Source: an uncultured Phycisphaerales bacterium
GTDB taxonomy: Bacteria; Planctomycetota; Phycisphaerae; Tepidisphaerales; Tepidisphaeraceae
DNA: 64,000 nt
Direction: 5' to 3'
Assembly (NCBI GenBank): GCA_963844715.1
Contig: CAWJPJ010000007.1
Location: forward strand, 1,120,001-1,184,000
Position 1 is the first letter of the stretch. The number at the start of each line of letters is the position of its first letter. The notes under the pieces are model-generated. The model ran no database searches. It saw only the letters and a list, made by a program, of their open reading frames with translations, and was not told where the DNA came from. The position numbers were made by a program, and so were the translations under genes. Shown one piece after another: positions 1 to 11,378 of this stretch.

Positions 1-525
1 ACCTGCCTCCACGGCCACGGCATCTCCATCGGCAGCCCGACCGTCGGCGGACTCCACCACATCATCGTCCGCCACTGCACCTTCGACGGCGGCGACAACG
101 GCATCCGCATCAAAAGCTACCGCGGCCGCGGCGGGCTCATCGACGACATCCGCTATTACGACCTCACCATGAAAAACATCGGCCGCGCCATCGACATCAA
201 CATGCTCTACAACGGCAACGCCAACGTAAAAACCGACGTCGGTTCCCGCGCCGCCAACGGCCACACCGAAAACATCCCCGAACTCCGCGACGTCCAGTCA
301 TCAGCGACGTCACCATCACCCGCGCCACCCACTCCGGCCGAATCCTCGGCCTCCCCGAAAAACCCGTCCAGGACATCACGCCTCAACAACGTAAAAATCG
401 AAGCCGACGACGGCTTGCTCATCGAGGACGCCAAAAATATCCAATTCAACAACGTCACCCTAAACATCCACGTCGGCCCGCCTATCACCACCGATAACGC
501 AGAGGTGATTTCGGGCCAGCCATGA
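1..525 (+). CDS. Glycoside hydrolase family 28 (polygalacturonase-like), C-terminal part; 5' truncated by window edge
   Basis: Frame 1 from base 1 reads TCLHGHGISIGS...FDGGDNGIRIKSYRGRGG, containing the GH28 GHG and RIK motifs; probable compensated frameshift around 295-375. Confidence 0.85.
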   Translation, partial: TCLHGHGISIGSPTVGGLHHIIVRHCTFDGGDNGIRIKSYRGRGGLIDDIRYYDLTMKNIGRAIDINMLYNGNANVKTDVGSRAANGHTENIPELRDVQSSATSPSPAPPTPAESSASPKNPSRTSRLNNVKIEADDGLLIEDAKNIQFNNVTLNIHVGPPITTDNAEVISGQP

Positions 526-642
526 CCCGGCGCATCGCCAAGTAGAGGGCTGACGGCTGTCTACTCACGGAAATGCCCCATACGCGACGTGCAATTCAGC
601 GCAGCCAGCGTCCGGCCCGGGGAGAGCGTTTTCCTTCTTTCC

Positions 643-786
643 CCCGGACGGTTAGGGGAAAAGGAGTGGGGATGGGTGGGTGCGGGAGGGATTCCGCCAG
701 TTTCCGCAGGACGGGCCTGATGTGGTTCGCCCCTTCCCTCCCGCATTGCATTCACATCTGAAAAGAGCGCCGAAAGGGACTCGAAT
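643..786 (+). repeat. Dispersed ~140-nt structured repeat, copy 1 (others at ~21241 and ~25325)
   Basis: GGACGG..GGAAAAGG..GGGTGCGGGAGGG..CCCTCCCGCATTGCATTCACAT..AAAAGAGCGCCGAA, collinear with the two other copies. Confidence 0.75.
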
Positions 787-890
787 CTCAAAAAGTGTCG
801 AGCGTCAAAAGTAAACGAGGAGAGAATAAAGACGTTGGGCGCTAGAATGTGACCATCCCTCAACGGGAATTATTCCCGCCCCGCGCCCAA

Positions 891-919
891 GTGACAACTC
901 CCCCCAGTTTCCCTATGAT
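891..919 (+). promoter_or_regulatory. Putative sigma70 promoter of lpdA
   Basis: GTGACA (891-896), 17-bp spacer, TATGAT (914-919), 35 nt upstream of ATG 954. Confidence 0.5.
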
Positions 920-953
920 TTCATACCCCCGAATGGGGAATTGAGGCCAGTAC

Positions 954-2441
954 ATGACAACTCAGACAACCGCTCCGGCTCGCGTCGCCCCGCAGGCGCC
1001 AAGACGGGTAACTATCAATACGACATCATCGTAATTGGCGGCGGCCCCGCGGGTTACGCCGCCGCCATCCGCGCCGGGCAGCTCAAACAGCGCGTCCTCT
1101 GCGTCGAGCGCGAAACCCTCGGCGGCACCTGCCTGAACTGGGGCTGCATCCCCACCAAGGCCCTGCTCGACGACGGCGCTTTCATCCGCAAGCTCCGCAC
1201 CAGCGCCGGCGAGCACGGCGTCGCCTACACCGACCTCACCATCGACTTCGCCAAACTCGTCACCCGCAGCCGCGGCATCGCCGATAAACTCAGCCGCGGA
1301 ATCGACCACCTCTTCCGCAAATACGAAGTCAAGCGCGAATCCGGCGTCGGCCAATTGCTCGGCGCCCCATCGCGTCAAGATCACTTCGCCCGAGGGCACC
1401 AAGGAAATCACCGCACAGCATGTCATCATCGCCACCGGCGCCGGGCCACGCCGCTCCCCGGCGCACCCTTCGACGGCGTCAACGTCATCACCAGCCGCGA
1501 GGCCATGAACCTCCAAGCAACAACCCAAACGCCTCGCCATCGTCGGCGCAGGCGCCATCGGCTGCGAGTTCGCCGACTTCTACAACGCCATCGGCACTGA
1601 AGTCGATCGTCATCGAAATGATGGACCATCTCCTCCCCATCGAAGACGAAGACGTCTCCCTGCTTCTCGAGCGCGTCTTCGCCAAGCGCGGCATCGATGT
1701 CCGCGTGAAGACCAAAACCGATAAGGTCGAAGTCACGCCCACCGGCGTCAAGCTCACCCTCTCCGGCAACAAACCCGGCGTCGTCGAAGCCGACGTTGTC
1801 CTCGTCGCCATCGGCGTCACCGGCAACACCGAAAACCTCGCCGTCCCCGAAGCAAAACTTGACATCGTCCGCAATCGCGTGAAGGTCGACCCGAATTACA
1901 AAACCAATCTCGAAAACGTCTGGGCCATCGGCGATTGCGTGGCCGTCCAGTGGCCCTCCGGGTCGACGTACGAAGGGATTCGCCATCCCGACCTCGCCCA
2001 CGTCGCCCATCACGAGGCCATCATGCGTCATCGAAAAAATCGCCGGCACTTCCGATCACAAGATCGACTACAACGCCATCCCCGGCTGCACCTACACCCA
2101 CCCCCAGGTCGCCAGTTTCGGCCTCACCGAAAGAAAGGCCCGCGAACTCCAGCAAGAAAATGAAGATCGGGAAATTCCCCTTCAGCGCCAGCGGCCGGGC
2201 TCTGGCCATGGGCGAACCCGACGGATTCGTCAAACTGATCTTCGACGCCCAATACGGCGAACTCCTCGGCGTCCACATGATCGGCGAAAACGTCACCGAT
2301 CTCCTCGCCGAACTGGTCATGGCCAAGACCCTTGAAGCCACCGAAGACGAAATCATCGAGGCGATCCACCCCCACCCCACGTTCAGCGAAGCCGTCATGG
2401 AAGCCGCCGGCGTCGCCGAGGGCCGCTCGATCCACTTGTAA
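954..2441 (+). CDS. lpdA: Dihydrolipoyl dehydrogenase (several frameshifts, probably sequencing errors)
   Basis: IGGGPAGYAAAIRA, redox motif GGTCLNWGCIPTK, WAIGDC and C-terminal IHPHPTFSEA across three ORF pieces. Confidence 0.92.
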
Positions 2442-2456
2442 ATTGGAGGACCAGAG

Positions 2457-2704
2457 ATGAAGTCGATCACATTCGTCCTGCTCGGCGTCCTGCTCACTCG
2501 GCGCTGCTCTTCCAGCGGCAATCTCCACCACCGGCGTGCAAGCCGCCTTCATCGCCGAGCACCCTATTCGCAAATATCGACCAGTCCAGAAACAATCTCC
2601 GACCCCCAGGGTAACGATCAGTACATCATCACTTACGCCAACCCCGACGGCTGCAAAGCCGTCGCACTGCCTACGGCTCCAGCGGCGAAGCCGAATCCTA
2701 CTAA
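2457..2704 (+). CDS. Small exported hypothetical protein (frameshifted)
   Basis: GGAGG RBS and ATG with hydrophobic signal-like N-terminus MKSITFVLLGVLL; TAA at ~2704 just before the next ATG. Confidence 0.4.
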
Positions 2705-2710
2705 CTCCAC

Positions 2711-3379
2711 ATGCCCCATCGCGCACTGATCGTCCAAGGCGGTTGGGAGGGGCACGAACCCCGGCAGAGTCGCCCACATTTTTCGCCGATCTCCTGACCC
2801 GCTCTGATTTCCAAATCGAAATCAGCGCAAAGTTAAAAGTCCTAACCGAAGCCAAAATCTGAGTGACATCGATCTCCTCGTCCCCGTCTGGACCATGGGG
2901 ACGATCAAGTCGAAAAAATTTGAACCCCGTGCTGAAAGCCGCAGAACGCGGCATGGGAATCGCCGGCTGCCACGGCGGAATGTGCGACGCCTTCCGAGAT
3001 TCCACCGATTGGCAGTTCCTCACCGGCGGCCAATTCGTCGCCCACCCCGGCGGCGACGCCACACAATACACCGTCCGCATCGCCCCCAAAAAAGCCCCAT
3101 CACCGAATGCCATCCCCGATTTCGAAGTCTCCAGCGAACAATACTACATGCACGTCGATCCCGCCGTGAAAGTGCTCGCCACAACAAAATTCCCCACCGT
3201 CGATGGCCCCCACGCCCCCAACGGCCCCGTCGACATGCCCGGTCATCTGGACCAAACTATACGGCAAAGGCCGAGTCTTCTATTGCTCCCTGGGCCACAA
3301 CGCCAAAATCGTCGCGCTCCCCCAAGTCTCCGAACTCATGCGCCGCGGATTTCTCTGGTCGGTCGGAAAACTCCCGTGA
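2711..3379 (+). CDS. ThuA-like (class I glutamine amidotransferase-like) domain protein, frameshifted
   Basis: MPHRALIVQGGWEGHEP..., GIAGCHGGMCDAFR, GGQFVAHPG, SEQYYMHVDPA, YGKGRVFYCSLGH, MRRGFLW. Confidence 0.85.
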
Positions 3380-3396
3380 TCCGCTTCGCCTCTTTA

Positions 3397-3569
3397 AACC
3401 GCCAAGCCGCCAAGAACGCCAAGATCAAAACGCCAAGAAAGAAGAATTGAATTCGTTGCCGGTATCAACTTCGCGGCGGCGCATTTTTTTGCCCCAGGAA
3501 TCTTGCTTTCAACCCCCCAAATAAAACTTGGCGGAATTTATCTTGGCGTTCTTGGCGCACTTGGCGGTT
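3397..3569. repeat. Long inverted repeat with ~9-nt periodic arms (CGCCAAG units)
   Basis: AACCGCCAAGCCGCCAAGAACGCCAAGAT ... ATCTTGGCGTTCTTGGCGCACTTGGCGGTT between convergent genes. Confidence 0.85.
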
Positions 3570-3702
3570 CTATCGCCTTTTAACTGCACCCCCGAGCAAC
3601 GGTCCCCAAAAACGCGCCCCATAATTAGAAAACGGCCGGCAAGCGTCCCGCATACCGGCCGTTTTTGGTGTTTGCGAATCCTTTCGCATCATCCCTGATT
3701 CA

Positions 3703-4560
3703 TCAATTGATATCCTCTCCGCATTGTTCCGATACAAGTTCTTCCAAAAACATGCCAGCCCCTCATCCCGGTTGTGCCCGATCACTCTCCCCGCCACCGC
3801 CCGCAGTTCCGGATGCGCATTCCCCATCGCCACGCCCAATCCCGCGCACCGCACCATCGGCAAATCGTTAATATCATCTCCCACCGCGATGATCTGCCTC
3901 GGATCGATCTGCCGCTCTTTTGCGACCTGTAAAATCCCTTCCCACTTATTCACCGCCGGGTCGAACACCTCCACCACCTGCACCCCATATGCCGGCACAA
4001 CAATACTGTGGCTGACGATCCGCGATCCAAATTGCCCGTTCAATTTCCCTTGGAGAGCTTCGCCGAGCTTGATATCCGCCACAATCCCCACCCGAATCGT
4101 GTGCACATGGTCGTAGTGGGGGAGATTCTCCACCCATCGTGCCGAAGCGCTCGTCACCGCCAGCCACTTCGTCGTGGCTTCGCTGAGTTGCATCCCCTTG
4201 CTGATCAGGTAATCCACCCCCGCGGACCCCGTATCCTGCATGCAAAGCACCGCGTGTCCGTGCGATTCAAAAAATTCGCAAAGCTCGCGCGCCAGTTCCG
4301 GCTCCATCAACGTCCGATGCAGCGTCGCCTGGTGTTTCGTGTCGATCACCATGGCCCCCCCGACGAATACGGCTGAGTCATAATGGCCAACGGCATCAAG
4401 CACTGCGCGGCTTTCGGTAAAATTCCGTCCGGTTGCAAAACAAACCAAAAAACCGGCTTCCAGTATGCGCTGAATCGCGGCGCGGGTCCGGGGAGTCACC
4501 TCACCCTGTGGGTGAGAGCAACGTCCCATCCAAGTCGATGGCGATCATCTTGAACTTCAC
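3703..4560 (-). CDS. Cof-type HAD-IIB family hydrolase (frameshifts near both ends)
   Basis: GTG start gives MKFKMIAIDLDGTLL; ATGR, VNKWEG and AVGDDINDLPM...GLGVAMGNA motifs. Confidence 0.88.
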
Positions 4561-4691
4561 GCCGTCACCATCGCCTGCCGCCCGCAACCTAGCAACAGCG
4601 CGCGCGCAATGCAAATTCAAAATCGCTTCGCGACCACTTTTTCACACAATTAGTTGTGGATAACTCGACGCGCTACGCCAAAGGTGGCACA

Positions 4692-6855
4692 TCACGGCGC
4701 CGGCGCGCTCGTCGGGCGGATCGCCGCCGCCGGGCTCTGCGGTACCTGCGGCCCGGAGAATTTTCGCACGATCAAGAGCGACGCGTCCGTCTCCCGCGCA
4801 ATCCGTTCCGGCCGGAATCCAAACAAGTGCGACGCCATCCCCCATTGCTCCTCCACCCCGACAATCACGAAGTCGAATTGCTTCGCCTGATTGATCACCG
4901 CCTCCACCGGCGACGCATCCTCAATCACCTGAAAATGCACCGGCGTCGGCTCAGTCGGATCGGAAAATGCCCGCTCCACCACCGTCCGCGCGTGCAAAAC
5001 CGTATCCGGATCATGCCGCTTCGGCGGCACTACATGCAACACCGTCAATTCCGCGCCGGCGTTGCGCGCCATGCGTCCCGCCAAATCCAACGCCAATCGA
5101 TCGTGCTTCCCTCCGAGGTAGGGCACCAATAGCGTCTTCACTTCCTCCGCTACCGAGGAAGCCGCCGCTCGCTCCACAAAGATCGCCACATCCGTATCGC
5201 TGGCCGTCAGCACCCGATGCACCGTACCCCCCAGGATCGCTTTGCCGAACACCGGCTTGTGAAACCCCATCAGAATCAAATCCGCAAACCGCAGCCGCGC
5301 TACCCGCGCAATATCGCTCGGAATATCCCGGCTCACAAAGCTGATCGGCTCCGCCGGCGTATTGTTCCGCCGGGCATACGCCAGCAGCGGATCCAGCGGA
5401 TCGCTTCCTCCGCCAAAAGAATCGGGCAATCCCCCCCGGAAAATCTCCCGATCGCTCGCCCGCTGAAGGTGCAGCGCGACAATCTGCTTCTCGCTCTGTG
5501 CCCCCGGCGCAAGCAAAGTCGCCATTCGCGCCAGCGAAACCCCGCTCGCCGGCAGCGCCACCGGTATCAATACCGTGAACGGCCGCTTCCCCGATTCCTT
5601 CGCCTGCCGCAGCGCCTCCAATTCCGCCGCCGGATAAACCCAATGCAACAAAGGCGTCGTCAGTGCCGTTGTGACAATCGCCATGATCACCATCATGGCA
5701 AAAACCGGCCTAGGGATAATCCCCAGATCGCCGCCAATATTCAGAATGACCAGTTCCATCAGCCCGCGCGTATTCATGAGGCACCCGATCGCCGACGCCT
5801 CCCGCCAAGCCAGCCCGCATGCCTTCGCGGCAATCGTCGCCCCGCCGAATTTTCCGCCGCACGCCGTCAGGATAATCAGCAGCGCGTACCCCCACAGCGA
5901 CCACTCATTCAGCAGCCCGATCTGAGTTCGCAACCCTGTATAAGCGAAGAAAATCGGCAGCAGAAACACAACCGTGAAATCCTCAAGTTTCTCCGACACC
6001 GTTCGTACAAACGTCGTCCCCTTCGGCATGATCGCCCCCATTAGGAACGCGCCAAACAGGGCGTGGATCCCGATCGATTCCGTCACCATCGCCGAGGCAA
6101 GGATCAGCAGCAGTATGATCGCCAGCAGGTTTTGGCTCAGACGTCCCGTGCTGTCGAACACGAGCTGCAATCGCCGCAAGAAGGGACGCACGACCAGGAA
6201 CATGCTCAAAACATAAATCGACGCGTACAGCCGCCGTGACCAGTCCCGTCGCAACGCCGCTCGCTCGCGCCACGGCGATCACCACCGCCAAAATGCACCA
6301 TGCCGTCACGTCGTCGACCGCCGCGCAAGTAATCGCCAGCGTCCCCACCCGAGTGCGATGCAGATTACGTTCCGTCAAAATCCTCGCCAGCACCGGAAAC
6401 GCCGTGATGCTCATCGCCGCCCCCATAAACAGGGCCACGCTCAAAAACCGCAGCGGCGGCGTCTGGTGGAACAGCCGCGGGAACAAAAACCACGTCAGCC
6501 CTATCCCCAATACAAACGGCGTCACAATGCTGAATTGACTGATGACGATCGCGCTTTTCCCATGTCCCCGCAGCAATTTCGGGTCCAGTTCCAGCCCGAT
6601 CAGGAAAAGGAACAGAATCACGCCGATCTGACTCAGCGTGCTCAGATACGGCACGCTTTCCGCCGGAAAAACACTCGAAAACACATGCGGTAAAACCAAT
6701 CCGAACACGCTGGGCCCCAGCATGATCCCCGCGACCATCTCCCCCATCACCTGCGGCTGCCGAACCCGCAGGAAAAGAACGCTCACGATCCGGCTCAGGC
6801 CCAGAATCAGGCCCGCCTGAACAACCAGCAGCAGAATGGCGTCAGCCGACATCAT
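4692..6855 (-). CDS. CPA2 cation/H+ antiporter with C-terminal universal stress protein domains (frameshift ~6240)
   Basis: QPQVMGEMVAGIMLGPS, SITAFPVLARIL, AAVDDV, GCLMNTRGLMELV; USP-like VLIPVA...ILGGTVHRVL. Confidence 0.9.
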
Positions 6856-6989
6856 AAAAATTAAGCTCTAAATGCTAACATTAGCCGTTCCAATCCGTCT
6901 AAGAATGGGTTGAATGGGATTTGGTTCGAATTTTGCATCGGGTCGTCCGGAGGCGCTGGCCGGCTATAATCCGCCGCCGGAGTGGGCAA

Positions 6990-7526
6990 ATGTCCAATCG
7001 CCTGATCGAAAAGCAACTAATTTATTCAGGAAAGAAGATTCAGCTTGAAGTTCACCGGCTGGAAGCCGAAAACGGGCGAATTGCGATCCGAGAGGTGTGC
7101 GTACACCCCGGCGCCGTCGTCATCCTTGCATTTTTGAACGACGGCCGAGTCCTGTTAATTCGCAATCGCCGTTACTCCGTCGGGCAAACCCTTATCGAGT
7201 TGCCCGCCGGAACCCTCGAAAAGGGTGAGGACCCGATGAATTGCGCCGGCCGCGAATTGCTCGAAGAGACCGGCTATCTCGCCGGCAAACTCTCGCGGGT
7301 CGGCAGCTTTTACTCCTCCCCCGGCGTTTTGTCCGAGAAGCTACACGCCTTCGCGGCCTACGATCTTCAGGAACGCCACACCGCCCTCGAAGAGGGCGAG
7401 GAGATCGAGTTGTTGCCCGCCACCTTCGACCAGGCCATCGAAATGATCCGCACCGGCGAAATCTGCGACGCAAAAACAATCGCCACCCTGCTTATGTTCG
7501 ATAAATTCCATAGGACCCAGAGGTAA
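6990..7526 (+). CDS. NUDIX hydrolase (ADP-ribose pyrophosphatase-like)
   Basis: Nudix box ELPAGTLEKGEDPMNCAGRELLEETGY; HPGAV; DAKT; TATAAT at 6965-6970. Confidence 0.9.
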   Translation: MSNRLIEKQLIYSGKKIQLEVHRLEAENGRIAIREVCVHPGAVVILAFLNDGRVLLIRNRRYSVGQTLIELPAGTLEKGEDPMNCAGRELLEETGYLAGKLSRVGSFYSSPGVLSEKLHAFAAYDLQERHTALEEGEEIELLPATFDQAIEMIRTGEICDAKTIATLLMFDKFHRTQR

Positions 7527-7538
7527 GGACGTAAAAAA

Positions 7539-8587
7539 ATGGGTTGGGAAGACCGACCTTATTACCGGGATCGCGGCCGTTCAGTGATGAGCCCCCTCCG
7601 CTGGCTCGTCAGCGGTTCCATGCCTCTCTTCACCGTCTTCGGCATCCGCGTCCGTGCCCACGCCTCCCTCGTCCTCTTCATCGCCCTGACCATCCTCCTC
7701 AGCGGCGCCTCCGGTTACGCCATCGGCGCTCGCGCCGTCAGCATGGCGGCCCTGTTTACCATCGTCGTCCTTCACGAATTCGGACACTGCTTCATGGCTC
7801 GCTTCCTCGGCGGTCGCGGCGATGACGTCTTGCTCTGGCCCCTGGGCGGTTTAGCTTCCGCCGATCCCCCGCATCGCCCGCTTCCCGTATTTCTCACCGT
7901 CGCCGCCGGCCCGGCCGTCAATCTTCTCATCTGCGTCGTCTGCGCGGGGATCATCCACATCCTCACCGCCGGATATTGGGTCCGCCTCAATCCGCTCAAC
8001 GCGATGCCCATCGGCATCGAGGGATGGAACACCGCCATCCCCTATCTCTATTGGGTCTACTTCGTCAGCTACGCCATGCTCCTCTTCAACCTGCTCCCGA
8101 TCTTCCCACTCGACGGCGGACAAATGGTGCAGTCGATCCTCTGGCCGATCGTCGGCTACATGCGTTCGATGATCATCGCCACCACCACCGGCATGGTCGG
8201 CTCCGTCGCCCTCGGTCTCTTCGGAATCTACGAAAAATTCAGCCTCTTCCTGATCCTGCTCGCCGCCTGCTTGTTCTACGCCTGTTATCAACAGCGCCAG
8301 GCCCTCCGCGAAGTCGCCGCCGACGACTGGTCCGACGGCAGCACGTATTCCCCCAGCTTTTACGTCCCTCCGGAAACCCCGCGCCGCCGCAAGGTCAATC
8401 GCCGCGCCATCAAGCGCGCCCGAAAATCGCCCGCCAGGAAGCCGCCGAACGCCAGAAAATCGACGCCATTCTCGCCAAGGTCTCCGCCCACGGCATGCAT
8501 AGCCTCAACTGGATCGAGCGCCGCACCCTCCGCAAAGCCACCGAGCGCCAACGCCGCCACGCCGCTGAAATGTCCCGCTACCTGTAA
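7539..8587 (+). CDS. Site-2 (M50) intramembrane metalloprotease with C-terminal helical tail (frameshift ~8425)
   Basis: HEFGH, AGPAVN, FNLLPIFPLDGG; tail IDAILAKVSAHGMHSLNWIERRTL. Confidence 0.88.
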
Positions 8588-8618
8588 GACCGCGTCCCCG
8601 CCCCTATAATCCAATTCA

Positions 8619-9770
8619 ATGGATCTCGTTTACCTCGATAACAACGCCACCACCCAACCCGCGCCCGAAGTCGTCGAGGCCATGCTCCCCTATCTCCGCG
8701 AGTTCTACGGCAACCCTTCCAGTGTCCACCGCTTCGGACAGCGCGCCCGCAAAGCCATCGACGACGCCCGCGCCCAGGTCGCCCATCTCATCGGCTGCGC
8801 CGATTCCGAAATCATCTTCACCTCCACCGGCACCGAGGGGATCAACACCGCGATCCAGTCCCTCTTAGCCGCCCGCGCCCGCGCAAGCGCATCATCACCA
8901 GCGCCGTCGAACATTCCGCCACGTCCCAACTCTGCGACCAACTCCAAAAGCAGGGGATCGAAATCGATCGCATCGCCGTCGACACAAACGGCATTCTCGA
9001 CCTTGGCGAGCTTTCCAAAAAACTCACGGGCGACGTCGCGCTCGTCTCGATGCTCTGGGTCAACAACGAAACCGGCGTCATCTTCCCCGTCGAGAAAATC
9101 GGATCGCTCTGTCGCGAAGCCCGCATCCCCTTTCACGTCGACGGCGTCCAAGCCGCCGGCAAGATACCCGTGAACCTCTCCGACCTGCCCATCGACGCCA
9201 TGACTTTCGCCGGCCACAAATTCCACGGCCCCAAAGGCGCCGCAGGACTCTTCGCCCGCCGCGGATTGCGCATGCGCCCGCTCCTCGTCGGCGGCCCCCA
9301 GGAGCGCGGGCGGCGGGGGGGCACCGAAAACGTGCCAGCCATCGTCGGACTCGGCGCCGCCGCCCAACTTGCCGCCCAGTTCCTTCCCGAAATGTCGTCG
9401 CGTCGCCGCCCAGCGCGACCGCCTCGAACGCGGAATTCTCGATACGATCTCCGACACCACCATTAACGGCTCCCCCGATCTACGTTGTCCCAACACCACC
9501 AACATCTCCTTCGCCCAGCTCGAAGCCGAAGCGATCTTGCTCCTCCTCAGTGAGCAGGGGATCTGCGCCAGCGCCGGTGCCGCGTGCAGCAGCGGCAGTC
9601 TTGAGCCCTCCCCCGTCCTGCTGGCGATGGGAATCGAACGCCGCCGCGCCCACGGCGCCGTCCGCTTCAGCCTCTCCCGCTACACCACCGACTCCGAAAT
9701 CGATCGCACCCTCCAGCTTCTCCCTCCGCTTATCGATCGGCTCCGCCGAGTCCTCCCGGTTGGCGCTTAG
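8619..9770 (+). CDS. Cysteine desulfurase NifS/IscS family (frameshifted)
   Basis: YLDNNATT, YGNPSSVH, NNETG, GHKFHGPKG, GTENV, SAGAACSS. Confidence 0.92.
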
Positions 9771-9940
9771 AGCGGTTTGCGGCTCCACGTAGCGAGCCAG
9801 TTGGCCTCGGCTGCAACGGAGGCAAGGATGAGCGGCGAAGCGTATCAGAGTTCCGCTAGTTTCCGCAGGAAGCCGCGAAGACGCGGCATCCGTTGCAGCC
9901 GTGGACAAATGGCCGCTACGCGGAGCCGCAATCCGCTCTA
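9768..9940. repeat. Palindromic MITE/REP-like element with TAGAGCGG...CCGCTCTA termini
   Basis: Arms TAGAGCGGTTTGCGGCTCCACGTAGCG..CGGCTGCAACGGA and TCCGTTGCAGCCG..CGCTACGCGGAGCCGCAATCCGCTCTA; begins at the TAG stop of the upstream gene. Confidence 0.8.
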
Positions 9941-9941
9941 G

Positions 9942-11316
9942 CAGGACGCTGAAAAACCCTCTTGACGAATGTTCTCGGTGGCGCTGAACTGTGTGACACC
10001 CAGACACGGAGGTCATTCATGCGAGGCAAGGCCGATCCCCAATCCATTTTGTTCATCGCGGCCATCGATCTGGAACAACGCGTCCGTCCTGATCATCCGC
10101 TGCGGGCCGTGAAGCGCATGGTCGATGAAGACTTGAAGGCCATGAGTCGGCGTTTTGATGCCGCCTACGCGGCCGAAGGCCGGCCCAGCGTGCCGCCGGA
10201 GCGGCTGATCAAGGCGTTGCTTTTGCAATCGATCTATTCGATTCGCTCCGAGGCGCAGCTCGTGGAACGGATTGATCACGACCTGCTGTTCCGTTGGTTT
10301 TTGGACCTGCGGATCGACGAAGAGGTATTCGACGCCACCGTCTTCTCGCACAATCGCGGGCGGCTCGAAGAGCACGGGCTGATCGGCGCGTTTTTCGACG
10401 GCAGGGTGCGTCGGGCCATCGCCGCGGGACTGGTCAGCCCCGACCACTTCTCGGTGGATGGCTCGCTGATCGAGGCGTATGCGTCGATCAAGAGCTTCAA
10501 ACCCAGGGATGAAAAGGACAAAAAAGACAATGATGCGGGAGATAACAACGGTTTTAAGGGCCGCAACGCCGAGGTGGACTTCCACGGCCAGAAGCGGTCC
10601 AACGACACCCACGAATCAACCACCGATTCCGACGCGAAGCTGGTCCGCAAGAGCGACGGCAAGCCGGCGTTGCTCAGCCATGCGCTGCACGCGATCGTGG
10701 AGAACCGCCACGGGCTGGTGCTGGCGGTGGAAGTCAACTCGCCGCTGGAGAACAGCGAGCCGGTCACCGCGTTGTCGCTGATCGATCGGGTCAAGAAACG
10801 TTTTGGGCTCAAACCCAAGACGGTTGGGGCCGACAAGGGGTACGACCAGGGTCCGCTGTTGCGTGGGCTGGAGCGAAGAAGAATCCGTCCGCACGTGGCG
10901 GTGAAGGAGGGCAAGATCGGCGGCGACACCGCCGCCTATCGCTGGAAGAACCGAGCCAACATCGCGGCCCGCCAGCGGATGCGTCGGCGCGCCAAGACCC
11001 TCGGTTACGCCATCAGCCAGCGTTGCCGCAAGAAGATCGAGGAATGGATCGGCTGGGCCAAGACGATCGGCGGCCTGTATCGCACCCGGTTGATCGGACA
11101 TTCAAAAACCGGCCAGCAGGCCCACCTGGCCGGGGCGGCGTTCAATCTGATCCGGATGCGCAACCTGAGTACCGTGTGAAACTCAACCTGGGCATGCAAT
11201 CCGCCAACGAACTCGAACGAACTGAAGCCCTTGGAACGATCCGAGATGGAACCCGCCATTGAAAAGCGGCCAACAGACAGGAAAATGCGCCAACTCCCGA
11301 GTTTTTCAGCGTCCTG
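9942..11316 (+). mobile_element. IS5-family insertion sequence, 1375 bp
   Basis: Perfect 16-bp terminal inverted repeats CAGGACGCTGAAAAAC (9942-9957) / GTTTTTCAGCGTCCTG (11301-11316); CTAG on both sides (9938-9941, 11317-11320). Confidence 0.93.
10019..11179 (+). CDS. IS5-family DDE transposase
   Basis: GRPSVPPERLIKALLLQ..YSIRSE, HFSVDGSLIEA, GADKGYD, RKKIEEWIGWAK; GGAGG RBS; uninterrupted ORF. Confidence 0.93.
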   Translation: MRGKADPQSILFIAAIDLEQRVRPDHPLRAVKRMVDEDLKAMSRRFDAAYAAEGRPSVPPERLIKALLLQSIYSIRSEAQLVERIDHDLLFRWFLDLRIDEEVFDATVFSHNRGRLEEHGLIGAFFDGRVRRAIAAGLVSPDHFSVDGSLIEAYASIKSFKPRDEKDKKDNDAGDNNGFKGRNAEVDFHGQKRSNDTHESTTDSDAKLVRKSDGKPALLSHALHAIVENRHGLVLAVEVNSPLENSEPVTALSLIDRVKKRFGLKPKTVGADKGYDQGPLLRGLERRRIRPHVAVKEGKIGGDTAAYRWKNRANIAARQRMRRRAKTLGYAISQRCRKKIEEWIGWAKTIGGLYRTRLIGHSKTGQQAHLAGAAFNLIRMRNLSTV

Positions 11317-11378
11317 CTAGAAGCCGCTTCCAGGCACATCTTTACATTCTCCATCTTCTGCCGGACACTTCAGCGCCC

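Noticed and set aside
4655..4663. Perfect DnaA box TGTGGATAA as oriC
   Set aside because: Single box in a short intergenic gap, far from the skew switch; at most a regulatory site
11259..11378. N-terminal extension of the membrane-protein ORF starting inside the IS
   Set aside because: It runs through the IS right end and is non-hydrophobic; ATG 11379 is the more plausible start
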